Assembly: GCA_951812585.1 (NCBI GenBank)
Contig: OX638318.1
Span: forward strand, 88,819-152,818
Direction: 5' to 3'
From: Rhodothermales bacterium
GTDB taxonomy: Bacteria > Bacteroidota > Rhodothermia > Rhodothermales > Bin80
Length of the DNA stretch: 64,000 nucleotides
The translations under genes were made by a program, and so were the position numbers. Shown piece after piece: positions 45,101 to 54,875 of the stretch. The stretch's first letter is position 1, and the number at the start of each line of letters is the position of its first letter. Under the pieces are notes generated by a model. It was not told the origin of the DNA. It searched no databases and worked only from the letters and a program-made list of their open reading frames with translations.

Positions 45101-47675
45101 TCGGGGTCCGAGCCGCGTCACTTGTGGCAGCCGCAACGGAGGGATACGTCGGAAGAAGATGCTCCGTCGAGGGGTCCATCGTACCCCTAAACGTCAGGCT
45201 TCCGGTAGTCGCTTCGAATCCACCCTTCGCATCCACCATAGCGTCGCCTACAATCACGCTGCTTGGTGCGGTAAATGGAAAATCGCTTGTCACAACCAAG
45301 GTGCCCCGCTGCAGATTAAGCCTATCCGTGACATTGATACGGCTAGTCAACTCCACCTCGGTAGCCTTGGTGGCCAGGTAGATGTCAAGGGTTGACAGCG
45401 TGATGCCATTATACACTTCATGCCCCGTATCGAAGGAGCCCAAGCTGCCCGTGTACATTACCCTGCTTGGAGTGCGATACGCCTTGGACCCACTGTCCGT
45501 GGTGTATTCCATGTACGCGTTGATCCCCGACCCCCGGTTGATATCGCCCACAGTTCCTGGTGAGCGGTCGATGAGGAGATAGCCCTCATCTAGATTGAGC
45601 ATACCGTTGGTGACGAGCTCGCCGCCCATGATGCTGACACCGTCCACAGACACCTCACTGCCCCCAAATATTAGCTCGTTCCTCGTATTCTTTTTGACTT
45701 CCAGCACCAGATTATCCAATGCCAGTGGCATGGGATTGGCGATGGTTTGCGACGTGGAGCCGCTGAATACGATTGCAGCGCCCGAGATGCCTGGTGCCCC
45801 GCTCGAGCAAACATTGGAACCGTCAGGCGAGACCGTACCGGTCGAACGCACCACCTGCTCTGTTGCAGCCGTGAGGTCCAGCATACCCCCTTGCAACTCA
45901 AGTGTGCCATTGACCATGGCATGCACTATGGCCACCCCATAGACACCGCCCTGCACAGTCGTCGTCCCGGTCTTGATCGTCCGCCCGTTCTCGAGCGTCT
46001 TCTCGCTCTCGAAGTACGCGCCTCCGTAGCACTGGGGACTCTCTTCTATCTTGTACGTTCCTCCATCGTCCTCGTATCCATCCCCATCAACAACCAACTT
46101 GTTGGCCATCATCGGCTTCGAGGCATTATTGAGCTCCACGGAGCCTCCTATCGCACCGCCGTTGAAATACACGCCCGTTGTGAGGCCGCGACTCGGCAGA
46201 ATATGCCCGGGAGTGATCGTGCTGTCGCCGGATACTGCATCCACTGCCACTAAGGCTGGATCCACTGTAGGGAGCCGGTTTCCAGAAAACCACTTGTCCT
46301 CCATTCCGTAGCACTCCACAACAGGATCCGGCAGACTCCTGGTTGTTGTCGCATTTCCGGTTGACGGATCCGTGTAAACAGCAGTTGCATCAACCGTGCC
46401 AATACCCGTAAGAACAGCGCCTGGCGCGGGGGCTCCCTGACCTTCAATAAATACGTCCCCGGAAATTGTCGTGCGGTCGAATTTCGTCTGCGCCATACCG
46501 CCGCTTCTGAAACTGCCTGAGACGTTGCTGGAGCTCACCCACAGTACGCCGGCCATATTCGTGGACTGGGCACCCGTGCCAAAGTTGGGACTGATGCGCA
46601 CGCCCGCTTGTGTGTCTTTCATCACATCCAAGGCGATCACTCCGTCCCCATTGATCCTGTATGCATGGGAATACTCATTCTCATTCTGCCACCCCGAGTA
46701 CATTGGATATACGTAGACGTAGTCAGCACCATCTTCTTCTGTCTTTATTTCCGTCAGCATCTCCGCCTCCACGCTGATATACAGAGAGCTGATTCCGTCC
46801 GACGTGACCATACCCGAAACGTTGGCTGACGGAAACCCGTTGGGGCCGCCGTAATCGAACATCTTGGCGTAGGCGCTGTCAGCTTCTCCCATGGGCCGGG
46901 GCGCGTTGAGGTAGAGACCTTTGTCTCCGCTCAGCTCCAGCGTACCCATGACGTCAAGCTCGCCCCAAACCATGATGCCGTTGTCTGCCGTCACAGGGGT
47001 GCCATCGCCCGGATTGATAAACCCACCTGTGCATGTGCCCGTAACTTCGACCGTTACACCTGAGGGGATCTCCAAGCGTTCAAAGTTTGGGCAGGTGCCG
47101 TCGCCGCCGGAGCCGTCGCTTACATCCATCGTCGTGTTCTGATCAATGACGATGTTGCCGCCAAGCGCCGTACGTGTCATGTACTCGTTAAACACGCCAT
47201 AATCAGTCTGATCGGAAAGGGTACCTATATCTGTGCCCGCTGGCGCGGTATCACCAAATGCGATCGTTCCAGACCTCAGGTAGAGCGTAGAGCGCTCATA
47301 TTCCCGATAGAACGTCAACGAACCACCGGTGAAGGTCAGGTTGCCCTGTATCGTCAAGTTACCCTCGACCATGTGGTACTCACTATTAGACGAGGTCTTA
47401 TAAAGCAGCAGCGTTATGTCGTCGCTTACAGAGAGGTGTTCCTGAACGAATACGCTGGAGCTTGTACCGCGGATGCGCACGGCTACGGTATCCGCACCCG
47501 AAACCGCCATGCCTTGAGTTATCGTCAAGCACGGCGCATCAAACGTACATGCCGTGGCAGTGCCATCCCCGTCGGCCGGATCAACGTAAGCTTGCCCAAA
47601 CGCTGTCCCAGAAAACATCCCGCCAAGCAGAACCAGCGCCGCCACGGCAAAACCGTGAGTTGTAACGTTCCTCAT
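42171..47675 (-). CDS. Giant T9SS-sorted surface protein, paralogue 2 (1,834 aa)
   Basis: Same architecture as copy 1 and an intact ORF. It differs mainly in two patches. Confidence 0.85.
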   Translation of the reverse strand: MRNVTTHGFAVAALVLLGGMFSGTAFGQAYVDPADGDGTATACTFDAPCLTITQGMAVSGADTVAVRIRGTSSSVFVQEHLSVSDDITLLLYKTSSNSEYHMVEGNLTIQGNLTFTGGSLTFYREYERSTLYLRSGTIAFGDTAPAGTDIGTLSDQTDYGVFNEYMTRTALGGNIVIDQNTTMDVSDGSGGDGTCPNFERLEIPSGVTVEVTGTCTGGFINPGDGTPVTADNGIMVWGELDVMGTLELSGDKGLYLNAPRPMGEADSAYAKMFDYGGPNGFPSANVSGMVTSDGISSLYISVEAEMLTEIKTEEDGADYVYVYPMYSGWQNENEYSHAYRINGDGVIALDVMKDTQAGVRISPNFGTGAQSTNMAGVLWVSSSNVSGSFRSGGMAQTKFDRTTISGDVFIEGQGAPAPGAVLTGIGTVDATAVYTDPSTGNATTTRSLPDPVVECYGMEDKWFSGNRLPTVDPALVAVDAVSGDSTITPGHILPSRGLTTGVYFNGGAIGGSVELNNASKPMMANKLVVDGDGYEDDGGTYKIEESPQCYGGAYFESEKTLENGRTIKTGTTTVQGGVYGVAIVHAMVNGTLELQGGMLDLTAATEQVVRSTGTVSPDGSNVCSSGAPGISGAAIVFSGSTSQTIANPMPLALDNLVLEVKKNTRNELIFGGSEVSVDGVSIMGGELVTNGMLNLDEGYLLIDRSPGTVGDINRGSGINAYMEYTTDSGSKAYRTPSRVMYTGSLGSFDTGHEVYNGITLSTLDIYLATKATEVELTSRINVTDRLNLQRGTLVVTSDFPFTAPSSVIVGDAMVDAKGGFEATTGSLTFRGTMDPSTEHLLPTYPSVAAATSDAARTPTTVNVNSCAASMSVTLSLREGYTAVRNLNVTEGNAVDLAGNDLVARGGTIDVAPGAVLCDSEGDVSCAGKGEAFREFFDLADAMDKMRYEDTPEHRVLFAEARKEYEASKANAAKTATAGMIHFAGSVALDAGTDEEALEWMWPPGMILSNGHLIVQAGGTLSTTTAPIAPNNADKVMFSSLTLEENSDELEENSDEESSNVLTISSGVDYVMIGGDVSVGNGSSILVRSGRGGGHPQTTLMIGGDMMLDGDGRVNLFGDVLSVAGDYMQGSMTTPGNSLVDLVSGSHMAMGDFHVGGMHVATDSMITYEFSAEDCAGSIELDGYTVPIGLTVYGDYAFDAASDWNDEASMPANELGMNGTVRFVTNGMSNVSMGGPMSQFCNVEVASDPGGDTGMLNLMSDVSQNIEGRLMLKNGVIGGDPMYRWMITQSSPESSLEGRITAGSGNAVIQLGSRNSYFSGTLSRAIEEGDATGGVVTSGYIFPVGSPKGDGPDSFRPLIMQFPDDLGNTGMASVSYLHDAIADSMEWINLEVGHVDANGNSTDLLLDNAADMFWKVELDAVPAHDPNVRLVADDLPNVFDITGLRIVQWDCDGTNPRLAGVYDVSADPTDDDSYRGNDFINGVPNLTQEGLELGMCSILGVASNMLQNPISADPILGGTARVQFIHNVAGATVDVYLDDNKVADDFMFQSALAFGVVAAGNHTLDIVAAAAPDNSAPLLSLPVRFDRNKHYHVIAHGNAAAGVVSLVIREDVRTASSVSNMVDFYVVHGASALGEIDIRTLDPVDNTRVTNDLFINNFAFDDVGEYKSLDPGGYNIEVLTSDGATQIEVFRFELDGYADKALVLNMSGVGKSAAEGLTMMGVGMDGSTFFPQVITAAATEELPTEFTLLGNYPNPFNPSTRIEFDLPETAQVSITVFDMLGRNVMTLPAQELEAGHSRTVELNATSLASGNYFYRVVATGASGKHIETGRMVLIK

Positions 47676-48486
47676 GTGTTCAGCCCCCTCCGGGGCGGTT
47701 GGTTAACACAAACCAGGGCTGGCACCTCCAGCATACCGGCATTCAGGCGGTAGCAGCCCTGGCATTCGGGTCCTACCACTACGTGCCTGCTACACAGCAG
47801 TTCGCATGCATGCGTAACGTGCGCACGAAAAAAAACAGCATCCGAATCCTGCAATTCGGCTACGATTCCGTCACGCTTCGTAGCATCAACCCCGCCAAAA
47901 CCGTTGGCGCACCAGCTGTAGGCAAGCCTTCGGCCCGGTCACAATGCTGACGCACTACGCGTGACGCTACTGCAACGGCCAATATAGGAACCTGCAACAA
48001 TAACACGCCACAGCGCGGATCATCGCACAGGTATCAACGCACTGGCAATTCCGTTTCACAAGAAATCAACAGTGGTTAAGCCGCACGCTGCGCGCGCCGA
48101 CGAGCACCTGAACGCTCCGTGTGCTGGGAACATTGGCCATCAGCGCGCAAACAGGGCCACTGCCGCGGGCTTATTGACTCTGCTGCTACTTTTCCGCACG
48201 CTGCTTGCTGTGATGCGCGAACGTTGAAGCTTCTGCCGCAGAGGTTCCGCGTAGCACACAGGCATCGCCATTTCCCTTGCGCAGCATTTGCGCCTCCATG
48301 CCACGCTTAAGCGGTATGGAAGGCTGATGCCCGAGCGCACTCCCCTCGGCGCCAGAATGGCTGCGCGCTTCCTGGCTACAATGCTTTCGCCGCCGCGCCC
48401 TCAGGCGTTCGAAACAGCTAAGGACCGTTGGTCGCTCCGGGAAGCTGTCTCATCGTGACGAGACGCTAAACGAATTGCCATGCTTA

Positions 48487-49062
48487 TACCTTGCATCCGC
48501 TCTTCAGTACACGGAAGAAGTCTTCCATGTGCCCTCGCTTGAGGTAATAATCCAGCATCCGAACCGCGGCTCCTGTCCGGTATGCAGTTCCATACGAGTC
48601 AGCAGCACCCACGCAAGCGGCTGCTGGCCCGCAGGCGGATTCGTCTCGCGCACATGAACGCCGTGCATGCGTATCGGCGCGGCCTGCCTTTCCGGGTCTG
48701 GAAGCAGCATGGACGGCAGCGAACCTCCGCGCGCGCTTGGCGGCGCACCGCCTTCGGACATGCCGTCACGCGTGAGAGTTCTATCTGCACTGTGGGTGGT
48801 TACGGGAACACGCTCCAGCGTCACAAACAGCTTCCGACCAGCGACCATGGTGCGCACGCACGAGCACATCCACCCGCTCCTTGGAGCGCTACAAGTCCAA
48901 GCATGCAAACCGGTCAGCCTCCCGATCCATGACGCACACCACAAGGCACTCGGCAAAAAGCACCGCTTGTGCCTTGCACAGATCCAGATAGCGCACACGC
49001 AGGCAAACGCGCAAAAAGGTGCGCCTGTGTGTGCGCTACCTTTCCTTCGTGAACCGCCTCAG
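48487..49062 (-). pseudogene. Relic of an IS4-family (Tn5-like) transposase at the unit 2/unit 3 junction
   Basis: In shifting frames it reads VVCVMDREADRF (DREAD motif), VHVRETNPPAGQQPLAWVLLT and LDYYLKRGHMEDFFRVLKSGCK (degenerate YxxRxxxE...K block). Stops are in frame, and it is truncated exactly at 48487, where the array leader homology ends. An 87-bp piece of it survives in spacer 1 (40099-40186). Confidence 0.6.
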
Positions 49063-49312
49063 TGACGACTAAGCGACGTCAAAGCGATATAAGGCAAGTG
49101 TAGAATTTATTGCCCCATCTTTGCTGCGTAAATAAAGCCGGCGCTCAGCGCCGCACATGCCGGGCGCATGGACACGCGCCGCCATGCACCAAGTTGGCCG
49201 CAGCTGCAGCGTGCTCGAATCACTGGCGGCAGAAGCAGAGCTTGCGTGCGGTGGGCGTGGCGTGCGCTTTGAATCCGCAGCCACCAGTCGGATGATATCG
49301 ACCACTGCGCCT

Positions 49313-49355
49313 AAAAAGCAAGACGCCCCGGCACCGATTACGGCACCGGGGCGTC
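49313..49355 (-). terminator. Rho-independent terminator of giant gene copy 3
   Basis: Same hairpin and T tract as 33905-33947. Confidence 0.7.
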
Positions 49356-49385
49356 TCCCCTATACTCGCTTTGCGAGACGAATCA

Positions 49386-52300
49386 CTACTTGATCAGAAC
49401 CATCCGACCAGTCTCAATGTGTTTGCCGGAGGCACCCGTAGCGACTACTCGGTAGAAGTAGTTGCCCGAAGCCAGGCTTGTTGCATTGAGCTCGACCGTA
49501 CGGCTGTGTCCAGCCTCCAGCTCCTGTGCTGGCAGCGTCATCACATTCCGTCCAAGCATGTCAAACACCGTGATGCTCACCTGTGCCGTCTCAGGCAGAT
49601 CAAATTCAATCCGCGTAGACGGGTTGAACGGATTCGGATAGTTGCCCAAGAGCGTAAACTCTGTCGGCAACTCCTCGGTCGCCGCAGCCGTGATGACCTG
49701 CGGGAAGAACGTGCTACCGTCCATCCCCACGCCCATCATTGTGAGGCCCTCAGCAGCAGATTTGCCAACGCCAGACATGTTAAGCACCAGCGCCTTGTCC
49801 GCGTAGCCATCCAACTCGAAACGGAAGACCTCGATCTGCGTGGCACCATCAGAGGTTAACACCTCGATGTTGTAGCCGCCCGGATCCAGCGACTTGTACT
49901 CGCCCACATCGTCAAACGCAAAGTTGTTGATGAACAAGTCGTTGGTCACGCGCGTGTTGTCCACCGGATCCAGCGTGCGGATGTCAATCTCTCCCAATGC
50001 GCTCGCACCGTGCACCACGTAAAAGTCCACCATGTTGCTGACGCTGGACGCCGTGCGCACATCCTCCCGGATGACCAGACTCACCACGCCGGCCGCCGCG
50101 TTACCATGCGCAATCACATGGTAGTGCTTGTTCCGGTCGAAGCGAACTGGCAGACTCAGTAGCGGCGCGGAGTTGTCCGGCGCAGCAGCAGCGACGATGT
50201 CCAGCGTGTGATTGCCTGCAGCAACGACCCCAAAGGCAAGCGCCGACTGAAACATGAAGTCGTCCGCGACCTTGTTGTCGTCGAGGTAAACATCCACCGT
50301 AGCTCCGGCTACGTTGTGAATGAACTGCACACGCGCCGTGCCTCCAAGGATCGGATCCGCACTGATCGGATTCTGCAGCATGTTCGAAGCAACACCTAGA
50401 ATGCTGCACATACCCAGTTCCAACCCCTCCTGGGTCAGGTTTGGAACGCCGTTGATGAAATCGTTCCCCCGGTATGAGTCGTCATCCGTCGGGTCGGCGC
50501 TAACATCATACACGCCAGCCAGACGTGGATTCGTTCCATCGCAGTCCCACTGAACAATACGAAGGCCCGTGATGTCAAAAACGTTCGGCAAATCGTCAGC
50601 AACAAGGCGTACGTTCGGGTCGTGTGCCGGCACAGCATCCAACTCCACCTTCCAGAACATGTCCGCCGCATTATCCAACAACAGATCCGTGCTGTTGCCA
50701 TTGGCATCTACATGCCCCACTTCAAGGTTTATCCATTCCATCGAATCCGCTATTGCATCGTGCAGATAGCTCACCGATGCCATGCCCGTGTTGCCCAGAT
50801 CGTCAGGGAACTGCATGATCAGCGGGCGGAAGGAGTCTGGACCATCGCCCTTCGGACTGCCAACAGGGAAGATGTAGCCTGACGTTACTACGCCCCCGGT
50901 GGCATCGCCCTCCTCAATCGCGCGGCTCAGCGTCCCACTGAAGTAGCTGTTACGCGAACCCAGCTGGATGACCGCACTGTCACTGCCCGCCGTGATGCGC
51001 CCCTCCAGGGAATTCTCGGGCGACGGTTGCGTGATCATCCACCTGTACATTGGATCACCGCCGATGACGCCGTTCTTCAGCATAAGCCTGCCTTCTATGT
51101 TCTGACTGACATCGCTCATCAGATTCAGCATGCCCGTATCACCACCTGGATCAGAGGCTACCTCCACATTGCAGAACTGCGACATCGGGCCGCCCATCGA
51201 TACGTTCGACATGCCATTCGTGACAAACCGAACCGTGCCGTCCATGCCCAGCTCATTGGCCGGCATGCTCGCCTTGTCATTCCAGTCACTCGCAGCATCG
51301 AAAGCATAATCCCCGTACACCGTCAATCCGATCGGTACTGTGTAGCCGTTAAGTTCGGTCGATCCGGCGCAATCTCCGGCACCAAACTCGTAGGTAATCA
51401 TGCTGTCGGTAGCAACGTGCATTCCGCCCACATGAAAATCGCCCATCGCCATATGAGATCCACCACCCAATGCCACCAGCGAATTGCCTGGCGTCGTCAT
51501 CGAACCCTGCATGTAGTCACCAGCTACCGACAAGACATGACCGGATACGATCACCCTGCCATCTCCATCCAGCATCATGTCCCCGCCAATCATCAGCGTA
51601 GTCTGCGGATGGCCTCCGGCGCGGCTTCTGACCCAGATCGAAGACCCGTTGCCAACGGATACGTCCCCGCCAATCATCACGTAGTCCACACCCAAGCCAG
51701 TCGTTAAGCTGTTGCTCGGCTTCTCGTCGCTGTTTTCTTCCAGCTCGTCGCTGTTTTCTTCCAGCGTAAGACTCGAAAACATCACCTTATCGGCGTTGTT
51801 CGGCGCAATTGGAGCCGTAGTAGTAGAAAGAGTACCGCCGGCCTGCACAATCAAGTGTCCATTGGAAAGAATCATTCCGGGAGGCCACATCCACTCAAGG
51901 GCTTCTTCGTCCGTTCCTGCATCGAGCGCGACCGAGCCTGCAAAGTGGATCATCCCCGCCGTAGCAGTCTTGGCAGCATTCGCTTTAGACGCCTCGTACT
52001 CTTTACGGGCCTCCGCAAACAGCACACGGTGCTCAGGCGTGTCTTCGTAGCGCATCTTGTCCATCGCATCCGCGAGGTCAAAGAACTCGCGGAAGGCCTC
52101 GCCTTTATCTGCGCAGGACACATCGCCCTCGGAGTCACACAGCACAGCGCCGGATGCAACGTCAATCGTGCCGCCGCGGGCTACAAGATCATTGCCCGCA
52201 AGGTCCACCGCGTTACCCTCGGTAACGTTCAGATTCCTGACAGCCGTATATCCTTCGCGCAGCGACAGGGTGACACTCATGCTGGCGGCGCAACTGTTGA

Positions 52301-54875
52301 CATTAACCGTTGTCGGGGTCCGAGCCGCGTCACTTGTGGCAGCCGCAACGGAGGGATACGTCGGAAGAAGATGCTCCGTCGAGGGGTCCATCGTACCCCT
52401 AAACGTCAGGCTTCCGGTAGTCGCTTCGAATCCACCCTTCGCATCCACCATAGCGTCGCCTACAATCACGCTGCTTGGTGCGGTAAATGGAAAATCGCTT
52501 GTCACAACCAAGGTGCCCCGCTGCAGATTAAGCCTATCCGTGACATTGATACGGCTAGTCAACTCCACCTCGGTAGCCTTGGTGGCCAGGTAGATGTCAA
52601 GGGTTGACAGCGTGATGCCATTATACACTTCATGCCCCGTATCGAAGGAGCCCAAGCTGCCCGTGTACATTACCCTGCTTGGAGTGCGATACGCCTTGGA
52701 CCCACTGTCCGTGGTGTATTCCATGTACGCGTTGATCCCCGACCCCCGGTTGATATCGCCCACAGTTCCTGGTGAGCGGTCGATGAGGAGATAGCCCTCA
52801 TCTAGATTGAGCATACCGTTGGTGACGAGCTCGCCGCCCATGATGCTGACACCGTCCACAGACACCTCACTGCCCCCAAATATTAGCTCGTTCCTCGTAT
52901 TCTTTTTGACTTCCAGCACCAGATTATCCAATGCCAGTGGCATGGGATTGGCGATGGTTTGCGACGTGGAGCCGCTGAATACGATTGCAGCGCCCGAGAT
53001 GCCTGGTGCCCCGCTCGAGCAAACATTGGAATAGTCAGGCGAGACCGTACCGGTCGAACGCACCACCTGCTCTGTTGCAGCCGTGAGGTCCAGCATACCC
53101 CCTTGCAACTCAAGTGTGCCATTGACCATGGCATGCACTATGGCCACCCCATAGACACCGCCCTGCACAGTCGTCGTCCCGGTCTTGATCGTCTGCCCGT
53201 TCTCGAGCGTCTTCTCGCTCTCGAAGTACGCGCCTCCGTAGCACTGGGGACTCTCTTCTATCTTGTACGTTCCTCCATCGTCCTCGTATCCATCCCCATC
53301 AACAACCAACTTGTTGGCCATCATCGGCTTCGAGGCATTATTGAGCTCCACGGAGCCTCCTATCGCACCGCCGTTGAAATACACGCCCGTTGTGAGGCCG
53401 CGACTCGGCAGAATATGCCCGGGAGTGATCGTGCTGTCGCCGGATACTGCATCCACTGCCACTAAGGCTGGATCCACTGTAGGGAGCCGGTTTCCAGAAA
53501 ACCACTTGTCCTCCATTCCGTAGCACTCCACAACAGGATCCGGCAGACTCCTGGTTGTTGTCGCATTTCCGGTTGACGGATCCGTGTAAACAGCAGTTGC
53601 ATCAACCGTGCCAATACCCGTAAGAACAGCGCCTGGCGCGGGGGCTCCCTGACCTTCAATAAATACGTCCCCGGAAATTGTCGTGCGGTCGAATTTCGTC
53701 TGCGCCATACCGCCGCTTCTGAAACTGCCTGAGACGTTGCTGGAGCTCACCCACAGTACGCCGGCCATATTCGTGGACAGGGCACCCGTGCCAAAGTTGG
53801 GACTGATGCGCACGCCCGCTTGTGTGTCTTTCACCACATCCAAGGCGATCACTCCGTCCCCATTGATCCTGTATGCATGGGAATACTCATTCTGCCAACC
53901 CGAGTACATTGGATATACGTAGACGTAGTCATCACCATCTTCTTCCGTCTTTATTTCCGTCAGCATCTCCGCCTCCACGCTGATATACAGAGTGCTGATT
54001 CCGTCCGACGTGATCATACCCGAAACGTTGGCTGACGGAAAACCGTTGGGGCCGCCGTAATCGAACATCTTGGCGTAGGCGCTGTCAACTCCTCCCATGG
54101 GCCGGGGCCCGTTGAGGTGGAGACCTTTGTCTCCGCTCAGCTCCAGCGTACCCATGACGTCAAGCTCGCCCCAAACTATGATGCTGTTGTCTGTCGTCGT
54201 ATCGGTATCGATAAAGTTATCTCCTGTGCATGTACCCGTAACTTCGACCGTTACACCTGAGGGGATCACCAAGCGTTCAAAGTTTGGGCAGGTGCCGTCG
54301 CCGCCGGAGCCGTCGCTTACATCCATCGTCGTGTTCTGATCAATGACGATGTTGCCGCCAAGCGCCGTACGTGTCATGTACTCGTTAAACACGCCATAAT
54401 CAGCCTGAGCGGGACCACCAGCACCTACCGGTGGCACGTTAATACCAAATGTGATCGTTCCAGACCTCAGGTAGAGCGTAGAGCGCTCATATTCCCGATA
54501 GAACGTCAACTCACCACCGATGAAGGTCAGGTTGCCTTGTATCGTCAAGTCACCCTCGACCATGTGGTACTTGCTATTAGACGAGGTCTTATAAAGCAGC
54601 AGCGTTATGCCTTCCCTTACAGTGAGGTGTTCCTGAACGAATACGCTGGAGCTTGTACCGCGGATGCGCACGGCTACTGTATCCGCACCCGAAACCTCCA
54701 TGCCTTGAGTTATCGTCAAGCACGGCGCATCAAACGTGCAGTCCGCGGCAGTACCGTCCCCGTCGGCCGGATCAACGTAAACAATGCTTTCTTGCCCAAA
54801 CGCTGTCCCAGAAAACATCCCGCCAAGCAGAACCAGCGCCGCCACGGCAAGACCGTGAGTTGTAACGTTCCTCAT
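49386..54875 (-). CDS. Giant T9SS-sorted surface protein, paralogue 3 (1,829 aa)
   Basis: Same architecture and an intact ORF. The last ~520 codons translate identically to copy 2. Confidence 0.85.
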   Translation of the reverse strand: MRNVTTHGLAVAALVLLGGMFSGTAFGQESIVYVDPADGDGTAADCTFDAPCLTITQGMEVSGADTVAVRIRGTSSSVFVQEHLTVREGITLLLYKTSSNSKYHMVEGDLTIQGNLTFIGGELTFYREYERSTLYLRSGTITFGINVPPVGAGGPAQADYGVFNEYMTRTALGGNIVIDQNTTMDVSDGSGGDGTCPNFERLVIPSGVTVEVTGTCTGDNFIDTDTTTDNSIIVWGELDVMGTLELSGDKGLHLNGPRPMGGVDSAYAKMFDYGGPNGFPSANVSGMITSDGISTLYISVEAEMLTEIKTEEDGDDYVYVYPMYSGWQNEYSHAYRINGDGVIALDVVKDTQAGVRISPNFGTGALSTNMAGVLWVSSSNVSGSFRSGGMAQTKFDRTTISGDVFIEGQGAPAPGAVLTGIGTVDATAVYTDPSTGNATTTRSLPDPVVECYGMEDKWFSGNRLPTVDPALVAVDAVSGDSTITPGHILPSRGLTTGVYFNGGAIGGSVELNNASKPMMANKLVVDGDGYEDDGGTYKIEESPQCYGGAYFESEKTLENGQTIKTGTTTVQGGVYGVAIVHAMVNGTLELQGGMLDLTAATEQVVRSTGTVSPDYSNVCSSGAPGISGAAIVFSGSTSQTIANPMPLALDNLVLEVKKNTRNELIFGGSEVSVDGVSIMGGELVTNGMLNLDEGYLLIDRSPGTVGDINRGSGINAYMEYTTDSGSKAYRTPSRVMYTGSLGSFDTGHEVYNGITLSTLDIYLATKATEVELTSRINVTDRLNLQRGTLVVTSDFPFTAPSSVIVGDAMVDAKGGFEATTGSLTFRGTMDPSTEHLLPTYPSVAAATSDAARTPTTVNVNSCAASMSVTLSLREGYTAVRNLNVTEGNAVDLAGNDLVARGGTIDVASGAVLCDSEGDVSCADKGEAFREFFDLADAMDKMRYEDTPEHRVLFAEARKEYEASKANAAKTATAGMIHFAGSVALDAGTDEEALEWMWPPGMILSNGHLIVQAGGTLSTTTAPIAPNNADKVMFSSLTLEENSDELEENSDEKPSNSLTTGLGVDYVMIGGDVSVGNGSSIWVRSRAGGHPQTTLMIGGDMMLDGDGRVIVSGHVLSVAGDYMQGSMTTPGNSLVALGGGSHMAMGDFHVGGMHVATDSMITYEFGAGDCAGSTELNGYTVPIGLTVYGDYAFDAASDWNDKASMPANELGMDGTVRFVTNGMSNVSMGGPMSQFCNVEVASDPGGDTGMLNLMSDVSQNIEGRLMLKNGVIGGDPMYRWMITQPSPENSLEGRITAGSDSAVIQLGSRNSYFSGTLSRAIEEGDATGGVVTSGYIFPVGSPKGDGPDSFRPLIMQFPDDLGNTGMASVSYLHDAIADSMEWINLEVGHVDANGNSTDLLLDNAADMFWKVELDAVPAHDPNVRLVADDLPNVFDITGLRIVQWDCDGTNPRLAGVYDVSADPTDDDSYRGNDFINGVPNLTQEGLELGMCSILGVASNMLQNPISADPILGGTARVQFIHNVAGATVDVYLDDNKVADDFMFQSALAFGVVAAGNHTLDIVAAAAPDNSAPLLSLPVRFDRNKHYHVIAHGNAAAGVVSLVIREDVRTASSVSNMVDFYVVHGASALGEIDIRTLDPVDNTRVTNDLFINNFAFDDVGEYKSLDPGGYNIEVLTSDGATQIEVFRFELDGYADKALVLNMSGVGKSAAEGLTMMGVGMDGSTFFPQVITAAATEELPTEFTLLGNYPNPFNPSTRIEFDLPETAQVSITVFDMLGRNVMTLPAQELEAGHSRTVELNATSLASGNYFYRVVATGASGKHIETGRMVLIK

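Noticed and set aside
33978-54875. Dozens of 60-250-aa ORFs in the track on both strands inside the three giant genes (and likewise inside secD, the autotransporter, addAB and the T4SS genes).
   Set aside because: They are shadow ORFs typical of high-GC coding DNA. They recur identically in each unit only because the DNA is duplicated, and they have low-complexity Arg/Pro/Ala-rich translations.
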